Of a DNA stretch of 64,000 nucleotides, positions 10,828-20,778 are shown piece after piece. The notes under the pieces were generated by a model that saw nothing but the letters and a program-made list of their open reading frames with translations, was not told the origin of the DNA and made no database searches. Each line of letters starts with the position of its first letter. The stretch's first letter is position 1. The position numbers and the translations under genes are program-made. The DNA comes from Corallochytrium limacisporum Hawaii (taxonomy: Eukaryota > Protista > Pluriformea), in contig PDIP01000005.1 of NCBI GenBank assembly GCA_002811645.1, positions 1 to 64,000 on the forward strand, written 5' to 3'.

Positions 10828-12150
10828 ATGACGACCACGCCCAGCGGTCGTCTGTCACGGGCCCAGTCACTTTCAAGCACTGGAACCTGGGAACCCAACA
10901 CCAAAACCATGGCAGAACACAAGGCTGCGTCCTGTGGGGACATGAGTGAGTCCGACTCTGCCTACGCATCCATGATTGAGAGTGAAAGTGAGGTCCTGGA
11001 CACCACGTCGTCTCTCAGCAGCTCTCGAATCTCTTTAGGATCTCTAAACACCTCAGCGGAGAATCTTCCGCAGCAGAAAGCGGCACGTTTGGTCCGCAAG
11101 AGGAGTCTCATTAATGAGACCATCGAAGAGACAGCAACCGAGACAGAGAGCACAGACGCCGATACCGGCAAGGTTGTTCTTACCTTTCTCGAGGAAGTGA
11201 TCGCAGTCTCACTTTGTGTCTTCTGCGTGAGCTGTGCCGTACCGTTTCATGTAGTGTATTTCAGCTGGACCGCTCTCGGACTGGAATTAAGCCTGGCCCT
11301 GGCTCTGCTCTACGCCTTCCACATCGTCACCGACCGCACGCCAGCCAACGGCCACGGCCGTAAGAACGAATGGTTCATGAACTCCACGCCGTGGCACTGT
11401 CTATGTAAGTACTTTCCAATCCAACTTGATTCCGAGTTGGGACCCCTACCTGAGGATAGCGCCCTGAGTCCGTACAGCAAGGATCAGTATGTCTTTGCCT
11501 TCCATCCGCATGGCGTTGTGCCCGTACACGTTGTCAGCGGGGCCCTTAGTCCTGCGGCAGGCATCAAACGCTACTTCCCTAAGGCAAATATGCGCCTTAT
11601 CACTGTGGCATTCAACTTCTTCCTGCCTGTCTGGCGCGAACTGTACTTGGCTTTTGGCCTCGTCACGTCGAGTATGGAGAGCGCGAGGAACGTACTCTCT
11701 GTGGGCAATTCCCTGGCCGTCCTGCCCGGTGGCATTGCGGAGATGTGCATGTCTCGGCCGGACCGAGAACAACTCTATCTCAGCCGTCGTCGGGGTTTCA
11801 TTCGCCTCGCCATGCAACACGGTCGTGATATTGTACCCGTTTATTGCTTTGGTGGCAACCGTATTATCGGCATGGTCACCACGGGCATATGGGGTGCCCT
11901 CAACGACTGGCTGCAGACCAAGTACCAACTCATCATCCCAATTCCGTATGGCCGTTGGAACCTGATCGTTCCACGTAAGCATCCGATTACGTTTGTGTTT
12001 GGAGAGCCCCTGGTCGTGCCCAATTGCGACAATCCGACGCCAGAAATGGTACAGCACTACCACCAATTGTACATGAAGCGCCTGGAACGCTTGTACTACC
12101 AATTCCGTGACCAGTATGGGGATCCTAGCTGCGACTTGGAGATTATGTAA
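10828..12150 (+). CDS. DGAT2/MOGAT-family acyltransferase
   Basis: YFP motif, FAFHPHG, PGG..E, RRGFIRLA...G..IVPVY.FG; disordered N-terminus followed by a TM hairpin. Confidence 0.92.
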   Translation: MTTTPSGRLSRAQSLSSTGTWEPNTKTMAEHKAASCGDMSESDSAYASMIESESEVLDTTSSLSSSRISLGSLNTSAENLPQQKAARLVRKRSLINETIEETATETESTDADTGKVVLTFLEEVIAVSLCVFCVSCAVPFHVVYFSWTALGLELSLALALLYAFHIVTDRTPANGHGRKNEWFMNSTPWHCLCKYFPIQLDSELGPLPEDSALSPYSKDQYVFAFHPHGVVPVHVVSGALSPAAGIKRYFPKANMRLITVAFNFFLPVWRELYLAFGLVTSSMESARNVLSVGNSLAVLPGGIAEMCMSRPDREQLYLSRRRGFIRLAMQHGRDIVPVYCFGGNRIIGMVTTGIWGALNDWLQTKYQLIIPIPYGRWNLIVPRKHPITFVFGEPLVVPNCDNPTPEMVQHYHQLYMKRLERLYYQFRDQYGDPSCDLEIM

Positions 12151-12357
12151 GAGAGTTAGAAAGCGAAACAGAAAACACTGATGTACTCGCACAGAGTTAC
12201 ACGCAATAAATTTAGTAAAGGCATCGGCAATGCCTGTTCGTAACGTTGGAAAACAACATAGAAAGCGAATGTAGTAGTTGGTGTAAAGCAAGTAAAAAGA
12301 GTGGAGTGCAATTTTGGACAGATGCGGCAAGTAGCTTTGACCATGGTGTACAATCCA

Positions 12358-13452
12358 TCAGTAGCAGACAATGGACTCCGTTACTTCCCTACGACATATC
12401 GGGCACTGGTGGCATGGCGGTGCCGAAGGATGGTCCGACGCAGCCCTGCGTCTCAGACCTGCATCACACTGCTGACAGACCACGAGGTGGCCGCAGCCGT
12501 ACACGACACTGCGACGATAATTCATGCACACTACACACAGAGAACGGTCAGTCACGGCCTCCAACCGGTCGGACAGAAGCAAGAGTTCACGGTCCTTATC
12601 GGCCAGAAGCTCACGGAGGTCGTCGAGATCCGTTTGGAGGCCCTCCCGCTCCGTTTCGGCGCGGTGGTACAGCTCGCGGTAGAGCCGAGACTGCGCAATG
12701 AAATCTGGCCCAACCCTGCGTTGCTGGTGCCGACGGTGCGCTGTGGTTGCAGAGTTGGCGTTGCGTTTGCCAGCGGCTTTGGTAGAGGATGCGCGGTAGC
12801 AGTCAGAATGGTCGAGGCAGGAAGCGGGGAAGAGCAGGCCCGGACGATGGACTACTGCCTGGCACCCGTCGTAGAGCACACGTTTCAAAAATTCTGCATC
12901 GCTCTTGTACATTTCAGCAGCGACTTCAGAGCTGGCGGTAGCAATGCCAAGGGACTGTTCCCTGGTGCCATCCATTGACAGCGCAGGCTCACACTGCAGC
13001 GACTCCTTGGACGCTGTCATCAGACCCAGGAGAGTCAGGTTCATTACCAGCATCTGAGTACCTCCAAAGACCTTCAGACCCAGGCGGCTCTGACAGGCCT
13101 GGAGCGCAGGAAAATTACGGAACGCGTTCAATAACAGTCGACTGTTGAGAATAGACGCCTGATCCATACTAGATCCACCCACCTTGGTCAGCCAAGAGCC
13201 GTTAAACAACGACCGACTCTGTGCCAAGACCTGGGAAGAGGGGGATCGGGCCACAACGCTCTCCCGCAAACTCAGGGGCACATTGTTCCTAGTATGGGCC
13301 TTTATCTGGCCTATTTTATTCGCGGTAATCGGTGCATTACGACTGCCTGCTGCGGCTTGGCGCTGCAGCTGCGTTATTACGGCCGCCACGGTACGCCGGA
13401 ACCCTCCGGCTGGCCATGGCGGCCCACCCGCTCGGGTAATCCACCGGAGCAT
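12358..13452 (-). CDS. RING-finger (C3HC4) protein with coiled coil, probable E3 ligase
   Basis: C-terminal CVVC...CGHLVVCQQC...CPICR preceded by a heptad-rich segment; basic N-terminus and one hydrophobic stretch. Confidence 0.82.
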   Translation of the reverse strand: MLRWITRAGGPPWPAGGFRRTVAAVITQLQRQAAAGSRNAPITANKIGQIKAHTRNNVPLSLRESVVARSPSSQVLAQSRSLFNGSWLTKVGGSSMDQASILNSRLLLNAFRNFPALQACQSRLGLKVFGGTQMLVMNLTLLGLMTASKESLQCEPALSMDGTREQSLGIATASSEVAAEMYKSDAEFLKRVLYDGCQAVVHRPGLLFPASCLDHSDCYRASSTKAAGKRNANSATTAHRRHQQRRVGPDFIAQSRLYRELYHRAETEREGLQTDLDDLRELLADKDRELLLLSDRLEAVTDRSLCVVCMNYRRSVVYGCGHLVVCQQCDAGLRRRAASDHPSAPPCHQCPICRREVTESIVCY

Positions 13453-13664
13453 TTTGCTCTTTTTCAGCCTACAAGCTTTTCTTTCTAGGCCTTAACCGGG
13501 GTTTTCCATTCCATCCGATAAGATTCCAGTATGATTTTGAGGTCAGTGGACGCTACAGGAGGAGCTCAAATAGCTTCCTTGGAAGGAGCGCCGCTGAGAC
13601 CCTCTGCCGAACTGTCCTAACCGGGACCACTTCCCCACCCTCTTCACTGGTCTTCCCCCTGTTT

Positions 13665-13692
13665 CCCCCCCCCCCCCCCCCCCCCGGGGGGG
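13665..13692. promoter_or_regulatory. C(n)G(n) element upstream of the RING gene
   Basis: C21G7 about 210 bp upstream of ATG 13452, inside a 419-bp spacer. Confidence 0.5.
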
Positions 13693-13871
13693 AGTCTTTG
13701 CCGGCCTTCGATCGGGCTGCGCGCTTAGGCTCAGTTTGCCTCCGCGTTCGGACTCTCCCCCGGCCGCGGGGTTGGGGGGCGGAACAGACGGGCATACCAT
13801 TCTCAAACAGGTGCAAGAATCTAGGTTGTATTTGGTACATTTCTCCTTCGTAAAGGGCTTTATAGACGATC

Positions 13872-16800
13872 TTATGAAAAGTCTTCTTGTTTAAGTAGGC
13901 CTTCCTTCTTGTGGTCTCGCCTTAACTCTTGGTCGCAACCCAGGTAATCACGGGCAATGACATAGACCGTGGGGTTGATGGCCACTTTATCGGCGGGGAA
14001 GGGGAAGGTCAATTGGGCCACGACTTCGAGTACAGCTTCGTCTTCCGCCAAGGAATGGGGAGAGGATGGCTCAGCATATCTTGCTATCTTCCCGAGTTGC
14101 CTGGCAGTGCCGTACTTGATGGCGTATAGCTCGTCCATCTCTGCGTCTGCAAGAACAATCCACCACCGCTCGACCATACCGTTGTCGCCCGTTGGCAGGG
14201 GATTCTTCGGATAGCGTGGAGCGAGCACAGGACCTAAGTCCGCGTCCTCGTCCTTCACAATACGCACAGCAGCCCTTACGACTCCCTTTTTGGAGCTATC
14301 GTAGGTGACATCAATATCTAAAGAAGGATAGCGATTGCAAAACTCGGCAATGTCCTCGATTACTGAGTCACGACCGCGCGGCTCCGATTTAGGGGCCCAA
14401 GTTGCAAACAGAGCATCACGTGCGTCTTCCTCGGCCTCGATGAGGTCATAGATGGTGGTAATGCCGACCTTCTTAGACATGGCTACCATTGTATCGTCCG
14501 CGTATGGCAATTGCAGCAGGAGAGATCCCTTTGGCTGCACCGCTTGGACCAGGCACTTACACAAATCCATGGCAGCCAAGGTTGCTTTAAGGACCGCTTT
14601 GGACGCAAGTACGTCCACAGCAGCGTGCAGGAGACGCATAGCAATCGGCAGAATGCACCGTAGATCGTGCTGGAGTGGTTCTGTCATTGCGTCCAGATCC
14701 GTCTTATGCGACTGTCCTGCCAGAGCGCGGATCATATGAGCTTGTAGAAGACAGTTCACCTTAACATGGGGCTGCAAAAGCTTCTTGCCAGCCGCCTCTA
14801 AAGGGTAGAATGTGTGTTGAGCGAGGCGTGAGAGCGGTACCTGGTCGGTATTTCGAATGGGCAACGAGTCAAATTCGGACGCGCGGCAGACGACCTCGAG
14901 AATGGCACGCATGCGACTCTCCTGCGTCAGAGATCGTCCAAACAATTCGATCGTACTCACACTGACATTGTACTGGTCTGCAATCCAGCCAAAGTTCAGG
15001 CTCGATACACTCTCACCGCCATCATCTTCCTTCATTGTATCCTTGTCGTCCTCCTCTTCCTTGACGACCGAAGTGATGCATTCAGCCTCCTCCAGAACCT
15101 CAAAGGATCCCTGGACCAAATCCGTGAGGCCCCTGCTCACATCCTCGACACTCACTTTTGCCAGGCCATAAAAGTTGGGATTGCGCAGCAATCGACGGTA
15201 GTAGTACGTCCAGGTCATAAGGTCAACGGCGTCTTGTTTGTTGGTAATTGTGCGCCGTCGGATTTCAGCGTTGAAATAGTCATCAATGTTGCGATCGAGG
15301 CAGCTCTCCATGGCCAATGGATCCTTGAGAAACTTGCTGTAGTATGCCTGCAACTGGTGACCACAATAGACAACAAAACGAGGTCGCCGCTCACCAGATG
15401 GAGCTGTCGCAATAGCAAGTGCACGCAAGAGCGTGGTCATCGGGTACTCCCCATAGCTGTGGGACACTCCGTCGTATCGTACTGTGTCCAGAAGAAGAAC
15501 TAGCCCTGCGGTCAGCGACTTGGGCAGGCAGTGCAAATACGCGGTTGTGACAATGACCACCGCCAGGCGGTTGTAATCACGCAAGAAGACTTTCCGTTGA
15601 GCAATAGATGAATGTGCATCCAGGATCATGATGCCACACTGGTAGGCACGAGCAACACGAGGATCCAGAGCTTCTTCTTGAAGCGGGGGCCATTTCTTTT
15701 CGTCCCGGGCTGGTAGCAGTTCCAAATTCAAGTCAACGCTTTCCGACAGATCAAAAAGCGTTTCTGCAAAGTCCACCGCGGCGGTCGGATCAGGTAACAC
15801 TGCCACTGCCAGCGACTGTGAAGACTGTCGGTGTTTGCGTATCAGATGGAACGCCTCACGGCGTACATTAGCCCATCGCTGTCCGAAGGGGCTTCCTTTG
15901 AGCGCTCTCACATCGACCTCGACCGCGCCCACAGCGGACTCCACATCTCGCGGGTGGAACATAAAGGACATGGACTTCCGCACACCAAGCCAATTGGCCA
16001 AGTCTCGATGGGGGCCAATCGAATGCCCCATGGCAATGATACGGGAAGGTTTCTCCACTTGCTCAGAAATCACTCGCATTCTACTCATGAGCATTTCGTA
16101 TTTTGCACCGATTGATGGGCAAGGTAACCGGAATGAAGACACCTCAGTTTCGTCCTCGAGCATGTGAATGTCATCAAAGACAAACAATGGAACTTCACGC
16201 AGTCGACTTTGTTTAGAACGCCAAGATCGACTGATTTTTTCCCACTTCACCGGCTCAGTGACAAGTAGATCCGATTTCTCCCATTTCGTCCAATCATCGG
16301 ACTCTTTGTGAAGGGCAATAGCAATGGATTCAGAGCGGGCAATGCTTGCATTTGCATCCATCAGCTCCTCCCACACAGCAAGAGCCAAGTCCTGATTGCC
16401 AGCAACATAGACACAAGGTACCTTTTTGCCGTCGACCATGCTCTTAATGCAGTTGATAATCGCGAGCTCCGCCAGCAACGTCTTTCCCGTATTGGAAGGC
16501 GCACTCACGAGAACATTCTCTGTCCCATTGATCACAGCATCGAAGACTTGTACCTGCACGGGAGTGAACTCGGTCACTTTGCGATGTTTTAAGGAATCGG
16601 TCCACGTTGGGAATGAGGACTCAAATTCAGCCACCGGTTTCGCCTGCGCCCGAAGCTCCGTGGGTTGCGAAAAGGCAGATGGCACGGACAAGTTCCTGAA
16701 GCTCAGCGACGTCACAGATTCACATCCAATCCACTGATCAGCAACAACCCGTAGGTAGTAGCACGGGGCCACGGGGTCTGACAAGGGCACAAAGAGATCC

Positions 16801-19800
16801 ACATTGTGTTCTTCGTGCACCAAATCCTTGTACAGAATGAAGGTGTCGTAAGCTAGAATCTCCTCGCCGTTTGTGTCTTCGATTAGTATCCAAAACATCA
16901 GTGCTTGGCCATGAATCTCGTCATCCCAGATGAAGTCCGGAGCAACCGTGATGTCAATTTTGATCAAAGACCGCGAGATCGGACTCAGATTGGCACTAAC
17001 ATTAAGCTTTGGAAAACGCTTTAAGGCGCCATGAATCACCTTTCCATCCTTTTGGTTGCGCATCAGGTCACCAATTTGGCTCGCATCGAGCTCGAATAGG
17101 GAGCTCCAGGGAAAATCCTTGCGCTCCAGTCTGGACAGCATGTCATCAGTCAGGAATTTCTGCTGAACCACAGCCATCTGTCTCAAGGGCAGTTTAGCCG
17201 TCCACTGTCTACGGTTCACCATTTTGCAGTAACTCAGACACTTCGCTGCACTCTGTGCCCATCCCTTGGCCAGACATACTTCGTACATGGCACGCATGAG
17301 ACGGCCCGCACTCTGCGAAATATATACCATGTCAGCAGTCAGAGCGTAGGCATCTTGCATGGGCAACTGAGAAATGTATGTCTGCAATAGGACATTGACT
17401 TTCGCACTGCTATCGGTAGCGGCCTCGCGGATGGGCACGGGTACTCTTTCTACCAGGCGGGTCATCTCCAGACTTTCTTCTTGGCGAACATTCAGATTTC
17501 TAAATTCACTACTGAGACTGAAGCATTTCAAGACGTCAATGTCTGTCATATACGACTCAAGAAGCTGGTTGTAGGTTTGCATGGTCTTGACGGAGCAGTA
17601 GTATTGACTTGCAACATGCCCGAGTTTTGTGGCTATCATAGTACCATCCGAAACAGCATACTCAATCAAATCTGCATGTTCCAACAGTGTTGCGGCCGCA
17701 TGAATCAGCTCTTCCTTGCGACGCCGGACCATCTCGTGAAGTTTTGCTGAGGTGACATCTGCGTCGATGCCATATAGCCGTGGATTGCGATGCAAGCGCA
17801 CGCTCAGATATGTATAATCTAGCCATTCCACCCCCGATTTTGTTGTGTCAACTGTACCGGACACAATTTCAGCAAGCAGAAGCTCCGGTAGTCTTGAAAT
17901 CAGTTGAGACTCGATGGGCAGCTGTTCGTTAAGCAGTGACAAGTAGTATTGAAGGTCTTCTACCTGCGTAATCACAATGCCAAGACCCGTGGTATCGTAT
18001 TGCGGACGCCCTGCACGTCCAATCATTTGCATGAGATCGAGGGGGCTTAGTTCAGTCCAATCACCCTTCTCGGGACTGTAGACTTGTGTTCCTTTGATGA
18101 TCACCGCATGAGCGGGTAAGTTCACACCCCAGGCAAGAGTCGAGGTGGACACGAGAACTTTAAGGTGCCCGTCTGCAAACAGACTTTCGACGAGATGACG
18201 GTCATCACGCTTCAATCCAGCATGGTGGATACCAAAGCCGAAGGTCATGATCTCTGCCAGCTGCTTGCTATGCACAGAGCTCAATTCGCTGCGAAGGATG
18301 CGCGACGAGGCGGACTCCTCGGGTGCAAATTGACCCACGGTTGTTTGCTCAGCAGCCTTGCTGATCAGATACTTCGCCGTTTTGTACGTATCCTTGCGGC
18401 TGTGCACAAAGATAATAACCTGATTCTGTTCTGTAAGTACTTGTTCTGCAACTTTTGTGTAGCATATGTCATTGGCTATGGTGATCCGTTTGACAGGACT
18501 GCGATCATTGACACCAATAAAGCTCTGTTCCAGGGGAACGGGACGATGCTCGGGCCCAAAAATGAACAGGTCGTCTTTGTGGACTTTCATAAATTCAGCT
18601 ACGTTGCCAGCATTTGGAAGGGTAGCAGAAAGGCCGACAATACGTGTATCAATCAGCTCGCTCCTGGTTCGTAAAGTTCTTGCAATGATTGCTTCAAGGA
18701 CAGGGCCTCGATCATCATGTAAGAGATGAATTTCGTCAATGATCAGGAGCTTTGTGTTCCGCACCGTGCCACGATCTGTGCCCTGCCTTGTGATAATATC
18801 CCACTTCTCCGGAGTGCACACTAGTACGTGGGCTGCATCAATTCTTTGCCTGGACACATTGACATCACCTGTCAATTCCTCTACAACGATGCCATAGGTA
18901 TCAGTGAGCCGATTGGACAAATTACCCACGACTTCAGTGACGAGAGACTTCATCGGCGCAATGTAGACAAGCTTCAGCATCGAGCTATCCTTGACCCTCC
19001 AGACGGCCTCCTCGTCAGATCCATTTGCAGGAATCTGTTTGACTAGATACCCGCTCAAGGCATTTAGGATTGTCAGCATCGCAACGTTTGTCTTGCCAGC
19101 ACCCGTCGGCGCGCAAATTAGGAGATTGGAATTACTCTGAAAGGCTGCCTTGTACACTGTTGACTGCAGTCTGTTCAACTCTTTCACATTGGGAAAGCCA
19201 CCGCGGGCCCAGTCCGGCAGAGCCTCAATCGGAACTCTGGCTTCTATCACCCCCTTGGCGTCCCGTGTCGGTGCCGGCACAGTGACTTCGACGTGAGTCT
19301 TCCTCTGCTGGCGCTCGGATCCCTTCGGCAATGTAACGCTCCTATTGCTCATGAATCTGGCTCCCTCCTTGAAGACATAGTTGTCCAATTTGAGCAATGG
19401 GGGAGGCCACGAGCTCTCTGTGGCCAGACCATCACCAGCATTTGATGTCTTCCTTGTTGACAATGCAAACCGTGTTGTGTCTTCTAGAATGGTAGGCCCA
19501 TCCTCATTGTCAGACTCTTCAATGCTTTCAGAGTCGGTTTCGACTACGTCAGTTCTTAGAGCTTCGACTCCTGCGTCTAGATCATCATCATTGTCTCTTC
19601 TGGCCGCGCGTTGACCATCTTCGTCCTCGTCGTCGAACGTTATGGCCACGATTTCATCTTCTCCGCCTTTGTCTTCATCAGACTCACGTCTCGCGTGCAC
19701 TTCCGTATAGTCGCTTAACCGTGTGGTGAGTTGATAAAGTTGATTGAATTGATCATCGTCCACGGGCCCAATGATCTCACGCAATTGCCCCATTTTCGTT

Positions 19801-20231
19801 TTCATATTGGTTGTGACATTCCGCAGAATATGTAAGGCTTCCTCGGTAGCTGCCGCAAGAACGTCGCGGGGCTGATCGTTGAATCTTTTGGCCAGCTCGC
19901 TCACAAAGACGCTCCATACCTGAGCTGTCGCGTCTGACTGGGGCTCATAAGATACCTCTAAGGATGCATGTGTTTCCACTTTATTCCTGTGATTCTTCTG
20001 TGATGCTTTGCTTGAAGCACCCGAGGCAGCTGGTTTCGACCGTGTTTCTTCATCTTTGACCTGCAATTGTGGTGGCCGTGTCTTGTGTACTCGATCGCCC
20101 ATGCGCCCAGGGAGACGACCAGCCAGAGACAGTGCCTCTCCCGTCAGGACAACGTCTGGATCAGTGACATTCATGTCTTGTTTGCCCGGCATTTGCGCCG
20201 TCTTCTTGGTGCCGGCAGCTTTCTTTTCCAT
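13872..20231 (-). CDS. SNRNP200: U5 snRNP 200-kDa RNA helicase Brr2
   Basis: Two Ski2-like helicase plus Sec63 cassettes (APTGAGKT/DEIH/LAWGVNLPAH/QMIGRAGRPQYD; second cassette APSNTGKT/DDIH). Brr2-type N-terminal TGEALSL..RMGDR and FKEGARFMSN..LP.GS. Confidence 0.95.
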   Translation of the reverse strand: MEKKAAGTKKTAQMPGKQDMNVTDPDVVLTGEALSLAGRLPGRMGDRVHKTRPPQLQVKDEETRSKPAASGASSKASQKNHRNKVETHASLEVSYEPQSDATAQVWSVFVSELAKRFNDQPRDVLAAATEEALHILRNVTTNMKTKMGQLREIIGPVDDDQFNQLYQLTTRLSDYTEVHARRESDEDKGGEDEIVAITFDDEDEDGQRAARRDNDDDLDAGVEALRTDVVETDSESIEESDNEDGPTILEDTTRFALSTRKTSNAGDGLATESSWPPPLLKLDNYVFKEGARFMSNRSVTLPKGSERQQRKTHVEVTVPAPTRDAKGVIEARVPIEALPDWARGGFPNVKELNRLQSTVYKAAFQSNSNLLICAPTGAGKTNVAMLTILNALSGYLVKQIPANGSDEEAVWRVKDSSMLKLVYIAPMKSLVTEVVGNLSNRLTDTYGIVVEELTGDVNVSRQRIDAAHVLVCTPEKWDIITRQGTDRGTVRNTKLLIIDEIHLLHDDRGPVLEAIIARTLRTRSELIDTRIVGLSATLPNAGNVAEFMKVHKDDLFIFGPEHRPVPLEQSFIGVNDRSPVKRITIANDICYTKVAEQVLTEQNQVIIFVHSRKDTYKTAKYLISKAAEQTTVGQFAPEESASSRILRSELSSVHSKQLAEIMTFGFGIHHAGLKRDDRHLVESLFADGHLKVLVSTSTLAWGVNLPAHAVIIKGTQVYSPEKGDWTELSPLDLMQMIGRAGRPQYDTTGLGIVITQVEDLQYYLSLLNEQLPIESQLISRLPELLLAEIVSGTVDTTKSGVEWLDYTYLSVRLHRNPRLYGIDADVTSAKLHEMVRRRKEELIHAAATLLEHADLIEYAVSDGTMIATKLGHVASQYYCSVKTMQTYNQLLESYMTDIDVLKCFSLSSEFRNLNVRQEESLEMTRLVERVPVPIREAATDSSAKVNVLLQTYISQLPMQDAYALTADMVYISQSAGRLMRAMYEVCLAKGWAQSAAKCLSYCKMVNRRQWTAKLPLRQMAVVQQKFLTDDMLSRLERKDFPWSSLFELDASQIGDLMRNQKDGKVIHGALKRFPKLNVSANLSPISRSLIKIDITVAPDFIWDDEIHGQALMFWILIEDTNGEEILAYDTFILYKDLVHEEHNVDLFVPLSDPVAPCYYLRVVADQWIGCESVTSLSFRNLSVPSAFSQPTELRAQAKPVAEFESSFPTWTDSLKHRKVTEFTPVQVQVFDAVINGTENVLVSAPSNTGKTLLAELAIINCIKSMVDGKKVPCVYVAGNQDLALAVWEELMDANASIARSESIAIALHKESDDWTKWEKSDLLVTEPVKWEKISRSWRSKQSRLREVPLFVFDDIHMLEDETEVSSFRLPCPSIGAKYEMLMSRMRVISEQVEKPSRIIAMGHSIGPHRDLANWLGVRKSMSFMFHPRDVESAVGAVEVDVRALKGSPFGQRWANVRREAFHLIRKHRQSSQSLAVAVLPDPTAAVDFAETLFDLSESVDLNLELLPARDEKKWPPLQEEALDPRVARAYQCGIMILDAHSSIAQRKVFLRDYNRLAVVIVTTAYLHCLPKSLTAGLVLLLDTVRYDGVSHSYGEYPMTTLLRALAIATAPSGERRPRFVVYCGHQLQAYYSKFLKDPLAMESCLDRNIDDYFNAEIRRRTITNKQDAVDLMTWTYYYRRLLRNPNFYGLAKVSVEDVSRGLTDLVQGSFEVLEEAECITSVVKEEEDDKDTMKEDDGGESVSSLNFGWIADQYNVSVSTIELFGRSLTQESRMRAILEVVCRASEFDSLPIRNTDQVPLSRLAQHTFYPLEAAGKKLLQPHVKVNCLLQAHMIRALAGQSHKTDLDAMTEPLQHDLRCILPIAMRLLHAAVDVLASKAVLKATLAAMDLCKCLVQAVQPKGSLLLQLPYADDTMVAMSKKVGITTIYDLIEAEEDARDALFATWAPKSEPRGRDSVIEDIAEFCNRYPSLDIDVTYDSSKKGVVRAAVRIVKDEDADLGPVLAPRYPKNPLPTGDNGMVERWWIVLADAEMDELYAIKYGTARQLGKIARYAEPSSPHSLAEDEAVLEVVAQLTFPFPADKVAINPTVYVIARDYLGCDQELRRDHKKEGLLKQEDFS

Positions 20232-20560
20232 ACTTTACGAGTTTGTGTCATTACCCACGTGTCATTCGTGATGTGGATTCCCTCGTGCCCGGATCATGGC
20301 TTCGTAGTATATTTTGATCTTGTACAACATATGCGTGACACTATCATCATGTTTAATAATCAGGAAGTCTTGTTCTTGGACATATAAGCGACCGATAGGG
20401 ACGAATTCTCGGAATTTCCAAACTCTCCCAGATACCTGAGTAGCAGTGGCCAGTGGGACCCTGCCAACCGCCTGTGAGTGCCAGAGTCTCACCCCTCTCC
20501 CGCCCTTCTGAGCAAACCCGCCATACTCATCCCCTCTCTGGCCCGGCCGCCTCCCGCCGG

Positions 20561-20581
20561 CCCCCCCCGGGGGGGGGGGGG
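20561..20581. promoter_or_regulatory. C(n)G(n) element upstream of Brr2
   Basis: C8G13 about 330 bp upstream of ATG 20231. Confidence 0.5.
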
Positions 20582-20778
20582 TGTTTTGGAGGCTTCCCCT
20601 CTCTCCTCGGTTTGCGCATGAAGGAAAGCGATTTGGTCGCCCACGAAGGAAAGTCTCAAAGACCAAGTCGGCGCTGTTGCTTCGACACTGATGATGAAAA
20701 GATGAATATCTGTCTATTAAATATGTTTCATGGATGTGGTTTCAATAAGTATGTGTAGAATGATGATATTGCATTACT

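Noticed and set aside
11446-12978. 294-aa and 225-aa ORFs antisense to the DGAT2 and RING genes
   Set aside because: Overlap real genes on the opposite strand; explained by codon bias.
20256-20261. CACGTG E-box just upstream of Brr2
   Set aside because: A single hexamer is expected by chance and probably lies in the leader.
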